Assembly (NCBI GenBank): GCA_963796955.1
Contig: CAWCNJ010000006.1
Coordinates: 1-64,000 of the forward strand
Direction: 5' to 3'
Source of the DNA: Endomicrobiales bacterium
Lineage (GTDB): Bacteria > Elusimicrobiota > Endomicrobiia > Endomicrobiales > JALOBY01
DNA: 64,000 nt
Position 1 is the stretch's first letter, and each line of letters begins with the position of its first letter. Below are positions 26,101 to 35,300 of the stretch, one piece after another. The notes beneath the pieces were generated by a model. That model saw nothing but the letters and a program-made list of their open reading frames with translations, did not search any database and was not told the origin of the DNA. The position numbers and the translations under genes are program-made.

Positions 26101-26252
26101 AGAAATTTCAAAATGACTGGCTTGCCCTGGCCGCCAGCGCCATGCTGTTCCCGCTTATCGCGGAATTAAGGAAACCGAACAGTGACAGAATGCTGAAAGA
26201 TTCCGTCGCGCCTGCGACGAAATATATGGTAGAAATGCTCAGCGCCGCATAA
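14142..26252 (+). CDS. Giant multidomain protein 2 (4036 aa)
   Basis: Uninterrupted ORF with AGAGG RBS upstream, N-terminal hydrophobic signal-like segment, and N- and C-terminal regions paralogous to giant 3. Confidence 0.95.
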   Translation: MFNDNGFIKAIARLVLAAFLYSFVVFEPLYGVTTLEKSAAADNTAAEALNTQLGTMVLSARQGRISDGCYVSHKSRVTSLEKGKNGSGSASRLETPNSRLVIFIQDLHCNPEVQKNISEILSFFDTKYGLKKIFLEGAPAGKADLSLFTGITDPAIKEKTLESLLGEGLLSGAVYYGAKNNKENIFGLEQWNLYKENVARMSALLSSKSGSDGSCAELNNLLEQTMALHASSRLKVENYRIKEAEKSKDKYKQFAEIAHRAGISLVQYPNLWRQTEAGKLNAQIKFKRLPKDLQAFLKDIQEKTPYGVYKTIAAKLGDNNRDGEFYLNLQEVAQVYAPELLMSHRNVGSFLEYVRLNYAVNPMCLVEEEGQFKQEVLNSRARTLVDSELVFMQAMTDMLSGFVALGMTPRDFGYFKEHAEQYKLDLMKYYGTEKTSAVLKILENKELYSYYDVNLQRNQVFAKELLGTHSGLRTPDFGLSVVNEYTEVIKHLGEFAEIDAVVTGGFHVETAKALKEQGVSYLTITPNVTRKTTGDLYERFMTAQLNPKDFGISALAGRYTVPEFVAKIGKVAADAQLPIEELEKVLQNSAGSIKDGKVTATRNGDSITVTMQREDEKEKRSVTFTRKADGTYKEDAAEWKKVSASADPNIALTTQSTIEYAKTLPFFGWLLNSSFTPFYVAGFILTSWLVAPWKSEIDDFHEAIYDDWLAVNMMEDHAWPVLGLLPRGIIIPFAYTIAWVPFVGKYITAAMHMAYNIAVSPINIITVSAYRIFAKDKPVGHIALTTDSNFAYSRRAIHRIQTQQGLLIYDGINATVQSPDKLIQHVTQVAKNGNAITVHTQVYKQLRSGDQTGGWTFGPTYTFDVTNGPATVPSTIRKQKVDLAWGVKVSKLGTEGQLMAMLFDKTAYGTWSNPADSPEKQFKDKSIKGAQWWNGLKKAGVDDVLSKWNGLTPQARQVWIGVYEKDILHGLNFEKLHVGADPKSVKGTKLAALIAGETYSRHFPTVNVIANVAEEIAAMINDTDVERKLTDEDILFVIVAMANVFEMGFIINMRAAAEVMTHAFMNLVSPEDQHSTVGNTSGETPDTLATGSNLTDVQPYAKGFSDAEIQRLNEQIYNDVNRNNVRNQVTQRPEGEVANEQFFRNNLTPLMQNLVAQKGDAIRAALLKYMPESPDRERLIVQVLNTLPKPSTFAWFNAIIEGPGRFLIGLRAAPAIDLAWFLYDLDRADTDGINNRLEAYLLHKVIESVTDISHSDNVALVSEVMGWQTDDRGFAPLGSAIHQFINERAATVLEDERSALQAEKQSVKDERNAQALTRAKFAGRKTFDKIVRFIDVTLFALLGWAVFAGPTTTTTPTTPVVPTTAQVSTFMPQSANSNLADLVLSMDSITSGTANPGMGRNNFNLKMFFGVGRPSNSSISGMNGTLKAVGAPDGSMIPVNGELGLSLDIGVLDIVKLNATLGKGPGVTVDLNNGGSPSIGLPITIVGGGASVTAFETEKFRGSFTLNMDMVSGEVLKLLTKDGTVATSVKGTNLGAGIMVSGNPSAFTGVNPYATFKIANESGEGKTEYTSAGFITVPTTGKFSKTVWQVGVGLDGSVLRLAAVYSTDGAVMVLAGLGDGYAWGEGRAIAKAKRIAERAVQDEADRVAEVARLAEQQDLAKQWKEQEAENQKKAAEQTAWQAGIEAARQEAVRQEQLRQQRENQQPPAQQPPAQQSEPAPSNNTIPAAPTTPATPAPAPQIPGAPAGLVPGPIPGSFILPRTESERASLAAAAAPSEEATTASGPIEDTILELHKLHPEWDFMDPAKRLWLIAVYENDAVLTDGFAQRHSGYARNAATMDKGMRLLRDVTQKAAAMSMTPGNVESLSAFIAAEIAKMTSLSAKEVKRLSKNISKMFYMHLEIDDLPALSRAVAHYFYLLNTKRDAWLTLTKDPTALRNIGEGSNEYSEESVSASPLPTWVGTLPRLDTMNVEPVMDELSACFAGDKVVPEKALLFLDKYNKAIADPSQPVNLQTAPVEAVWPVLKAIVFLDKPQALQLVALIRTMSAKAQRQPTLLEDTIRLMEHDIANDWADMNASHLDGRTILYNAAELSYPVGGLSAVGLYHTLGIKILLAKAKKVNVNIVAAEPWYQMQRIGTEHSPLDYQAMGATSMVAIDDVFEFDMPYENKYKQPITVHVKVSKGVDKDGNVRYLVRDVNPDGSSYYTKYVYDYNTEHNPVSGEEFNGFWCKATAMMYYVLEKQRKQELGDKWKRAIVWAQDGQVSPMVAVIETMQDEAEYWIENEFRGLGGLTPEDLRGLAPLTVDTTHTYPNRNNIIYADSSKADGINREAYNYGLWAIRGLLKVGAKFLGFFLRENDKMFDSTSGGARPANLMTYVSDKHRKDFVRKGIDPTMRNNSKAITNGGNKGMWRFTQIMRKLFGDNADLDRPTPDMIRQSKVEACRELNDMHIKTSLWEPSIYQIMQAIPNELKQNGYAKDNIEVCNKLRDILQPVMLHYTPSAEQISSIFGMTSFSNPAEVRVAIEKLFIEQQFAVVVADPDRLNSGCARRLVPEKAGLQSENAAEVIRWRLAHGEDVFPFLKVQADDDRSVMMAYGFSKITEQNKYDIPRWKVNIPGDSRLRNITPLRTLEREVLEENAESIRTTGKPKYTGRLCVVLGFNGKEKNARFAASNVGEKFSYDETGAAEESEESDGDNAALKTGTFEGVIMFCALLIKKVGKLFVGRGNAIAPERDDPESARKVHEQFIELWNADPRHEQFYSFSANSVRLARIQDYLLTSAAYIRTFDELAAQDDMNIEKDAALVAALGRAAANAAWGDIGIFDQLLKNGRNNVGPYTFRKGGGVWKAGEAGIEGFKERKLEVENAEGVDALNIQLGYNDGDQSFSRSHYADYFKTLFGGIKDGDTDVSQIIEQWFDDLARSPGSVYQKNKRFNALVGSLTKTLRAARDKARADEEARAQQIAAIKAYAELHGSMVITVDGTSGAGKGTAAQLLADKLGFIHLDAGAIYRMFTVLAMQEKIPFNDGARIVDELKKASFDVIRAPDGTVGIRLNGRDISSELRTPQVGSNVAAVAKNRVVSEYVFEFMRILAKGKNIVADGRNMGTDTFPAAPKSDLQNRPVKFYVDAPVDVRAQRRHDEFVRANKPSRLEDVKNDIAARDQADMSRDFAPLRKASDAHTIDSSNLSPEQVVSQMLEVAASKIAAVFEVSAPFAALYHTALSLKPATIVAKAVREILTQERWVANLPQIADKGIVLLATTPEQLKISLEQAGYYANLGVPVTLMSTIDAGFGETEKPLLVDGKVTVGGDAALKGITLEPVLGHNNGSRQFTVIKVSLASGYDATGVTGESLVVAASNALAREVGEGGILQGPLGGVKICATMINGSPEFAGLKAALAAAKGSARDGRVVAEWETGKTAQQTLENIQAKYSAENNAMQDKFVEDMREAKEPMVALASGRFDTVSGPLEGTYPDEIELAKPVRGIVSTLFFGARRPDSVDPLDLDPAAADLGRFIDGLYNNGVLGKDDHAALTNRLLPIRRNGQTDTLTMAMLTRIRTTKTDVATTLGEILRKNGYTADKLDITDGKSLIRSISLLGMQRSAAAMQQPGIGITRGWDIGVVTKNDADKIMQALEWSQAVRFNTEALSTADAEYLFKQIKEKRTLAIRAGNKALKDAKLVTVTAPANVRVATECLIHSQLKADGALTADQEAAVKDYNAAVVVETQDQAKLALSAKVSEIVASFNGYSDDGVKLIDAATAGNWANIKDILGLFSKGGAFQRNAIMTPEGRFYAGARASDELAKPLLTDKTAADIVLEANREGVSKLAESVAALEAALSGANKTPGDITAAMETIEQLLTGKIAITGDAHAKTALRGLLTSVRTIRDDGSETRLQGYRAYGMLSAFIGNALLINLTEGEVDYNDIANHVPLRNLLAQAYMQGVSVKQMRESLKNGVETTGDGKGLRSLLTGEKSVEFVSYEIETHFQRPVIVTGEKFQNDWLALAASAMLFPLIAELRKPNSDRMLKDSVAPATKYMVEMLSAA
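14355..14440. repeat. In-frame inverted heptamer array (4x AGTCTCG-like, 30-nt spacer, 4x CGAGACT-like)
   Basis: AGTCACA AGTCTCG AGTTACG AGTCTCG ... CGAGACT CGAGACT CCCAACT CGAGACT. Confidence 0.85.
15547..15577. repeat. In-frame tandem heptamer array ACTYCGG x4
   Basis: ACTCCGG ACTTCGG ACTCCGG ACTTCGG ACT. Confidence 0.85.
20380..22495 (+). other. Divergent GT-B alpha-glucan synthase/phosphorylase-like (GT5/GT35) domain within giant 2
   Basis: ILYNAAEL..GGL N-terminal loop, EPWY, IVWAQDGQ, TTHT, YVS, AITNG, ARRLVPEKA, all in the order seen in glycogen synthases/phosphorylases. Confidence 0.6.
23055..23720 (+). other. cmk: Cytidylate kinase domain within giant 2
   Basis: ITVDGTSGAGKGT P-loop, LDAGAIYR, ADGRNMGT, RAQRR, RDQADMSRDFAPLRKASDA..IDSS. 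Confidence 0.92.
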
Positions 26253-26330
26253 TCATCCCGCCAAGCGGGATGAATTTCAGATCTAAGCTGATCCCGATAT
26301 GCAACGGCATCTCATGCCGCTGCATATCGG
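26253..26330 (+). terminator. Two hairpins between giants 2 and 3
   Basis: TCATCCCGC-CAA-GCGGGATGA followed by ATTTC; then CCGATATGCAACGGCAT-CTC-ATGCCGCTGCATATCGG. Confidence 0.55.
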
Positions 26331-26380
26331 CCCGTCCGTTCCATTGTCCGTCCAGGCCGTGAAGTTCTCTGATTATATAT

Positions 26381-29300
26381 ATGTTTAATAATAATAGTTT
26401 CATCAGATTAATAGCACGTGTGGTGCTGGCCGCGTTCGTTTATTCGTTCGTGGCCTTCGAGCCGTTATATGGCATCGCCACAATGGATGCGTCGGCGGCT
26501 ACCGTGCGGGCCGCCGTAAATGAACAACTGGACACGCTGGTATTGTCCGCCCGCATGGGACATATATCAGATGGCTGCTACGTCAGCCCGGAGTCCGGAG
26601 CCCGGAGTCCGGAGAGGACGACGGGCGGCAATTCGCAGTTACTCCGGTCTTCGGTCTCCGGACTCCGGACTAAAAATGACCGGCTGATCATTTTTATTCA
26701 AGACCTGCATTGCAACGCTGAAGTTCAAAAGAACATTAACGACATCCTTGCCTTTTTTGATACAAAGTACGGCCTTCAAAAAATATTTGTCGAAGGCGCC
26801 CCCGCCGGCAAAACCGACCTCTCGTTATTTACCGGTATCACCGACCCCGCCATTAAAGAAAAAACCCTGGAATCGCTGCTCGGCGAAGGCCTGTTGAGCG
26901 GCGCCGCTTATTACGGCGCAAAGAACAACAAAGAAAACCTCTATGGCCTTGAGCAGTGGGACTTGTACAAAGAGAACGCCGCTCGTATGTCCTCTCTATT
27001 GTCCGGTAAGGCCGCTTCGTCCATGGTGTATTCCCGGCTTACTGCAATGCTGGAAGAAACAAAAGGCCTGCGCTGTTCAACGACGTTTAAAATTGCTGAA
27101 CACAAGATCAAAAAAGATGAAAAGAGCGCAGACAAGTACGCGCTGCTCGCAAAGCTGGCCGATAAAAACAACATATCGCTGCTGCAGTACCCTAACCTAA
27201 AGCGCCAAATTGCGGCGAGCGGGCTGAGCCGCCACATAAAATTTAAGAAGCTTCCTGCCGATCTTCAGACGTTCCTTAAAGCCATGCAGGCAAAGCTTCC
27301 TTACGGCGTCTACAAAACATTAGCTGAAAAGCTGAGTGACAACGCACGCGACGGCGAGTTCTATTTAAATCTGCGGCAAGCGGCATCCGCCTATGCGCCG
27401 GAGCTGCTCGCAGGGGCGGCTCGGGGATCATCCCTGCCTAACGTCGAAAATTTTCTCGAGTACGTACGACTAAATTATTCAGTGAATCCGCACTGCCTGG
27501 TGAACGAAGAGAACCAGTTCAAACAGGAACTCCTTGAAAGCAGCGCCCAAACGCTCATAGACCGCAATGTGTTATTTATGCAGTCTATGACGGAGAAATT
27601 CAAAGGCTTTGTAAACCTGGGAATGACACCTGCCGACTACACCTTTTTCAAAGCCCACGTCGAAGAATACACCGTAACCCTGCTGAAGTATTACGGCGAA
27701 CAAAAGACCGCCGCTGCCCGTGCTTTGCTGGAAAACAAAGAGCTGTATGCCTACTATGATGTAAATTTACAGCGCAACGACGTATTCGCAAAAGAATTAT
27801 TGTCCGTCCCGTCCGTAAAGTCTGTTTCGTCCGTAAAGATAATTAACGAATACACCGAAGTAATAAAACATCTCAGCGAGTTCACCGAAATAGATGCCGT
27901 TGTGACCGGCGGCTTCCACACAGAGACCGCTAAAGCCCTGAGTGAACATGGCATTTCCTGCATAACCATAACCCCCAGCGTAACAAGACAAACCACCGGC
28001 GACCTGTATGAACGGTTCATGGCCGGCGCATTATCACCACAGGATCTCGGGATCAGCGCCCTTGCCGGCCGGATAACCGTCCCGGATTTCGTGGCAGGCC
28101 TTGGCAGAGCGGCAATTGAGCAGCCCGGTATTACGTTAACCGCTTTTATAGAGCTTTTACAAAAAGCAGCCGACACGTTCCCCGGGCGCGTACGGGTAAG
28201 CCATGACGGAAACAACGTTACCGTGACCATGTTGACGGACAATAATGTAAGGCAGTCCGTTACATTTACGTACAAAGCTGACGGCAAATTTACCACTAAT
28301 GCGGCTGAGTGGGCAAAGTCCGCCGCAACGCCCGGCGCGTTCTCCCTTATGAAGCAGTCGACAGAGGATTACGCTCTGGAAAACCCGTTCCTGCTGTGGC
28401 TCAGCCAGCGCTTTTGGGGCGCCGGTTTTGCCGCCGTCTATGTGTACGCCTCGCTGCGATACGCGCCTCTGCTGGAAGCGGTTGAATTTTTACACGCCTT
28501 GATGGATCCGCAAGCCGGCAGGCGGTTCCTTGAGGAACACAAGGGAAGTAACTGGTTCCGCATTAAGTCTTTTCTGGCCCTGTCGTTCATTCTCAGCCCT
28601 GTCTTTGATGCCTATACCGTTACCAGGTCCGCGCTGGGTATCGACGGAAAGAAAGCCCACCTGGACAGCGCTTCCCTTGACCCGACAACGGTTCTCGCCG
28701 CCGCCGTGATCATTACCATTCTGGTGCCCGTCCATTTCGCCTATAATTTTTTAGTTGCCTTCCCTAACTTTTTCCTGAAATGGTTCACCGGTAAAGGTAT
28801 CGCGTTCACAACCGATAACGGCGGCGTCGCGGCAAAAGAAAACGGGGCGCTGCCTGCGGTTCTCTCCGGGCGGTTGTCCGGCAATGATCTGGCATCGGCC
28901 GGGGCTTCCCTTGCCGCTCTGAACGCTGCCACACGGCAAAAGCTGTTAAAGCGTTTCGGTTACATAGGCCCCAAAGATGTGCACGGTGTGCGCCGGTGGC
29001 TGAAAGATACCGCCTGGCTTGCGGCCCGCGAAAATATCCAGGCTATAGACACCGACAAAATGCTTTCCGATCTGGGGAACTCGGGCTTTGTGACGGCCGA
29101 ACAGGCGAGGCAGGTAGGCGTTCTTGCCGAAAACGCAGCGATGCGGGCGGATATCGAAAAGCAGCTAAAGGCCGGCAAAGCCGTGGTCGCTTACGGTGTC
29201 GAAATACGTTTTGACCCTGTATCGCAACAGTTCATGTTCCGGTCCGATAGATCCCTGCTGCGTCAGTTCAGCCAGACACCGTTGCAGGCGCGCGCCCCGC

Positions 29301-32300
29301 CGAAAGTTGTGGTGAATGTCCTGGTATGGAACGGCTTTGAAGAAACGAAACAGCTTTTGCGATCTCTCGCTAAGGTAAATACGCCTAATGTGGAAGTAGT
29401 GCTGCTGGACAACGGTTCCACGGACAAACAGAAGATCCGTGAGTTCATGGACAAAGAATTCTCCCTTGACCCTCCCTTTACCCTTACCCTGTTGCAAAGC
29501 CCCGTAAACCTTGGATTCGACGAAGGCCATAACGTGCTGGTAGACTACGCCCTGGACACCGCCAGGGCCGACAACGTGATAATGCTCAACAGCGACATCA
29601 TCGTGGAAGAAAATTTTTATGACGGAATGCTGCATCCTTTTGAAGACGGATTTTCCATTGACGGTAAAACCGCCAACCCCGGCGTTGTTGGGCCGCTGGT
29701 GCTTAATGAAGCCGCCAGGAAAAAACATGAAAAAGGCGAACCCATACGGCCGGAAGAAATAATAACGGCAGGCTTCGATTACGACGGCGCCGGACGGCCC
29801 GCGACGGTTCAAAGCAGCTGGAGCGCGCGCAGGACTGACGAAGTTTGGGGCATGGCAATGGCTTTCCCGCAACTGGCGCTGCGCGAAGCGGGTGCCTGGG
29901 ACCCCCGGTTTTTCGCTTACGGCGAGGAAGCAGACCTTGCCCAAAGGCTGCGCGAAGCAAACTATGATATTATCGTTACAAAAGATACGAAGGTCTGGCA
30001 CGGAGAAAGATCCAGGGAAGGCTCATTGACAAGCCTTTTAGCTATAGAGAACGGAATTAAGAACAGCCTTCTCAACTACCGTAAGCATCCCGCACCGGAA
30101 GAATTTGTGTCCCGGAACGCGGAAGCCTTCGGATATTTTTTAAAGGAAGGGGCTAAAGGTTTTGTAAAGGCTGAAGGCTTAAGAAAAAAGTTGTCATATT
30201 TCGCGGCTTCGGTGCGCGGCCTTGCAGCCGGCATAGCCGGCAAATTCAGCAACGCCCAGGCGGATGAAATTTCAGTTATCCAGAATGCTGTTGCTCCGGC
30301 GCGCGTTCCAGCTGCGGCTGATGCCGCCGCTTTAGCAGGCAATGGGGTCTTAACACTGCCGAAGGCGTTCGATAAAGAAGGCGTGGAGGTTCAGAAGGGC
30401 ACCGTTCAAGAACTGATCGAAGAGCAAGGCAGCTGGGCGACGCGGGAGAACTGGTGGGACTCCCTGCCTGCTTTTACTCAGGCGCGCATGATAGCTATGC
30501 ACGAACGGGGTGAGGTTTTCAGATATGACGATAAAGGCAAAATATTTGTGGCACGCCATTACCCTGCGACGGATTTGGACCGGACGGAACTGCAAAAGGG
30601 TGTGGACGCCATGGCGCAGGCAATGGAAGTGGCTTCAGTCTGGGCTGGCTGCGGTGCCTCGGAGACCGTGCTGCTGGAAGTTATCGCCAGACATATCGCT
30701 GAGGCGGCCAGCAAAAAATCATCCCGGGAGGCCGTAAAAGAATATGCTGCGAGCCTGCCACGGAGAGACGCGAACGGTACGGTAATCCCGCATGAAAAAT
30801 ATCTTGAGCTGGTCAATACATACGCCGCCGAACAAAAGGAAAAATACCGCCTTCTTGAGACGGACAAGGTGCTGACCGTTGATGAAATAGCGCAGCTTAT
30901 CCATGACGTCAGGCTGGATTTCCGGATTAAACTCCGCATGCCGTATCCCGGCTGGGCGGAGATCGCTAAAGTTTCCATGCAGGCCGCATGGGACCTTACG
31001 CACGGCGTTAATGCACAGCTAACCCTGAAGAAGACACTCAAAAAAAATGCGACAGCCGGAAACAAGGGACTTACCTATTTTCTTGCCGATAAAAGAGCGC
31101 AGCAAAAACTTTTCGATGAGCTGTTGATACAGCTGGGCGAGGCTGAAAAGACGCTTGATGTGGAGCGGGCGTTGGCTATACACGACCGGCTTCTGGCTAT
31201 CCCTCCGCAAGTTCTTACCCTTGAACAGACTGAATTGATGGTTAAAAAGATAATACCTGAGGGGTTCCGCCTTATACGGACGGGGTTGATCAGCGAAAGT
31301 TCCAGGGCTGAAGCCGCCGGGGCCGGTTCGGCAGCACCGCAGGGAACCATTGGTCTTACTAAAAAGATCATAGTGCCCAATGTTTCAAACGAGAAAAAAA
31401 TCCCTACAAAAGAAAGGGCAGCGTTGTTTTCGCAGCAGCGGATACAGGCGAACATTAAGCTATTGCAGCGGCAATACCGGGCTGCTCTCCGCAAACGAAA
31501 TAAAGTTGAAGCTGCGATCGTGCTGCAGAAGATACTCGATGCGGGCGATAAAGAAGCGGTTGCAGGCCTGCCGTCCATAGCGGTTGATTCCGATGAAGCA
31601 TGGGATGCCCTGGCGCTGGCTGAGCTGAAAGCAAAAGGTCTGATAAAAGAAGCCGGCCTGAAAACGTACTCTGTTGTTAAGAACTGGCCCACGGGTACCG
31701 CCTTCGAACCGTCCGCGGTCTTAGCGTCGAGCCTTGTTAAGGAAAAAGTTGTTATCAGCAACGACGACGCTTTGCCGACGGAAGAACGCCTGAGCCTGGA
31801 TATGGGTAAGCGGGAAGCCTTGTATTTTAGTCTTTTGATCTATATGAAGTATATGGGTATACGCCGAACAGATGGCAGCGATAATGACCGGGGATTCGGC
31901 AATTATCTTAACCGGCTTGCGAAAGCGGCGTCTGAAGAGCAGAAAATCAACCAGCCTTCCGAAGAAGCGTACAAAACTGCGCAGGTAAAATTTTTCATAA
32001 AGCACGGGGTTTTGGTTAAAACCTCCAGGATAGGCAACGATTACCGCTTGGTCACCAATTGGTACCCTCAGTTAGATGAAAGAGCAAGAAAGCTCAGCCC
32101 CTATCTGCTCGACACAGATGAAGCCGTTAAACAGGCCGGGTATACCTATTACGGATCAAAGGATCCTGAGTCTGCTAATCAGCAGCTCACCTTTCCCGAG
32201 ACCGAAGAACAGGTGCAGAAAGACAGGGGCATTTCACCGCAAGACTGGAAAAATAAAACGCCTCCCCTGGAACGCAACCGCCTGGTCAGCGTTCACGAAC

Positions 32301-35300
32301 TTCCGGATTTCGCCGCGGTGGTAACAGAAGAAGATAAGATCGCCCTGGTTAACCGCCACAAGCGCCCTGAAGTCGCGGGCAAGCTTTTAAGGGGCGTGAA
32401 CCTGGTGATGCATTGCGCCGACGCGGCCGTACAGATCGCCGAACCCTTATCTCTGAACGACGCGATAATCGCGATCTCTATGAACGTGGTAGAGAACATA
32501 CGCGATTCCAAACCAAAGTGGGGCGTCAGATTATCGCGGCATATGCTGCAAGACGCCCTGTGGAAAACCATCCGCGAAAACCCCGAACGCACCTTCACCC
32601 CGCGGGAACTCGGTATACTAGCCGCCCACATCGCCTGGAACATGACCCACCCTGATGCGAAGCTGACGCTGCAAGGGGAAAACCCTGGTCCCGACAGCCC
32701 GCGGACTATACAGGCGATCGAGGCTTTACGGGAGCAGTACCTTACCGCTTACAATAACGAGTACTTTATCGAAGCCGAATTCCTTATGGTGAAAATACTT
32801 GAGAAAATACAGGCTCTGAAAGACCGCGAAACCTATCTGCGCGGCCTGGTGCCATTGCCCTCCGTGGAGGCGGAAGTTTCAACTACCAAGGGCTGGGGCG
32901 AGGCTGCAGTCAAAGAGTTTACTGCGAAGGGTATCCTGGTCCCTACCGGGAATGATGAGTACTCCGTTGTCGTGGATTGGCCGAAGGGCGAGGTAGTTTT
33001 AAAAGGACAGGGTAAAACCCAGGCGCTTCACCGCGCGGCGGTAGCATACACACATGAGATGACGCGGCTTGGTCTCTGCGGCCTGGGTGAAGATGGCTAT
33101 CTTAAGGTGCCCAAAGGTCTTAAGGAATTTCTGGAATGGCTGCAGGCGGTGCAGGCCGACGGGAAAACAGGCGGATCGCGCGGCGGCCCGGCGAACACTC
33201 AGTTGAATTTGCCGAGGGTAGAGGATAAGACTACCGGCGAAATAATACAGGTGGGCACTGAGCAGGAGCTGATAGATAAGCTGGGTCGGGAAACGGTTTT
33301 TGCCGCTGATGACCGTGAGATACTGCGTATGGGGGCCGTGCATGAACATGAGTCGTCTTACGAAGAAGATTTTCTTGACCGCCATTATGTAACAGACCCG
33401 AAAATACGAGCTCTGTTAAAGAACGGCATATCCCTGATGAACCGTTCCGAGATGGCAGCCCGGGATATAGTTAATTTCAACCCGCTATTTGCAATCGATT
33501 ATGAGCATATATCAAAACTTGCTATACATTTGGCTAAGTTGATAAACAAAGATGTTCCAACCAATGAGATCAAGGTCTCTGTTGATGATCTGTACCACGC
33601 AATGAAAACAACGTTTTTTGAGGACCCCTGGTTCAACCCGGACGGCAGCCAGGCAGATATATTTGCCGCCCTTGCAAGGATCGGCACCCATATCGGCTTC
33701 AACCTGCAAAACAGGCTGAATGGCCGCGCCCATGTGAAGTTGACTCTGCCGAAGACTGACAAGGTTGCCGAGGCTGCGAACGCCCTTGAAGACGCCTTCG
33801 TGCCTCTGGCGGACGTGCTGGCTATTGATAGTAATGTAGACGCGCACCCTGCCGATTTTTCTCTCCTCGTTGGTAATCCGGATATGCAGTCGTATATTGT
33901 CTTCGCGCAAAAGTGGCTGGAGCGGGCAAAGAAGGGCCACCGTTCCCGCATCTTGATCTCGGGCGGGCGCGGCAGCGGTACGTTGCCGCTTATCGCGAGT
34001 GCACGCCGGTATTTGCCGCCTAAAATTCTTGCCAAAGTCGAACAAATGCTTACTGCCGCAGAAACTGACGAAGGCGTCAAAGAAGCCGATATCACGTATC
34101 AAGTTCTCGTTGCAATGGGACTACCAGAAGAAAAAGAGTTCATGCGGCTAGAGCGGGAATCTCTTACTACCGGTGAGGTCTTAAAAAATAGCAAAAACAT
34201 TCTTGTTGATTGGGCGGCAGAATCAAAAATTAGTGACCCATCAATAGGCATCGTGTGCACCGGTGCCAGAGAGGCCCGCGCCTGGGCAACCGCCCATGCC
34301 GAATGGGCGGACCTGATAAATTCAAGGGGCTGGCGCATTCTTGCCGACCCTTCAAAAACAGTAACAAAAGATTCTTTGCACCAGCTTACTCCCCAGGAGT
34401 TGGCAATGGTCTGTAAAGACATCGTCGGCATCCCCGAAGCCGCCGCAAAACAATTGACCTTGAATATAACCAGCGAAGTCGATGGCCTGAACCCCGCGAA
34501 CAACGATAACCTTGAAAAAATAAGGACGCTCGCTGACGGCGGCAGAGATAACTGGAAACGCGTTTTTGAAAAAACGCAGTCCGTGCGCACCGAAGCTGCC
34601 CCATTGCTCGCCACCGCCCGCCAGGCCCTGAACACTTTAATGACCGCCCTGGGAGATAGAGTAACCTACGCACAAGACCCCAACAATAAAACCACCTGCA
34701 CGATAACCATAACTGATGAGAACGCGGGATCGCAATTGACTATCCCTGAAGCCGCCGGCAGGCCTGGCACCATTGGGGAGATAAAGGCTGAGGAAGTTGA
34801 AAGCCGGAAAGAAGAGCAGGGATTCGACGTGGAAAAATGGTGGACAGGGCTTGGTGAGAACGAGCAAAAGCGGCTTATCGGCGAGCATGAGAAAGCCTAT
34901 TTTGACTGGGTTCATGCGCAGAAAGGGAATGAGGATGACTATAAGATCGCCAGAGAAGCGCTAGTGGATCTGCACAATCCCACGGAAAAAGCTCGCCCGG
35001 TTTTGCGCGAAGGGATAGATTTTGTAACAGACTCGATGGACGAGGTTAAGCGGGTAACGGTAAACATCCTGAAATTTGATATCGATACCGTCGCCCTGAA
35101 TATCTATCGAAGGCTTCAGGCGACCAACCCAGATCCGAAAGCGAAACTGGAATTGAAAGAAATCGCCGATCTGATGAGAAAGAGCTACGCCGAAGCAGCA
35201 AAGAAGGGCATCCAGCTTTCAATAAAAGACCTTGCCAATATCGCCGCCCACGCCGCCTGGAACCTGACCCACTTTGATGCGCAGTTAACGTTTGGGCCGT

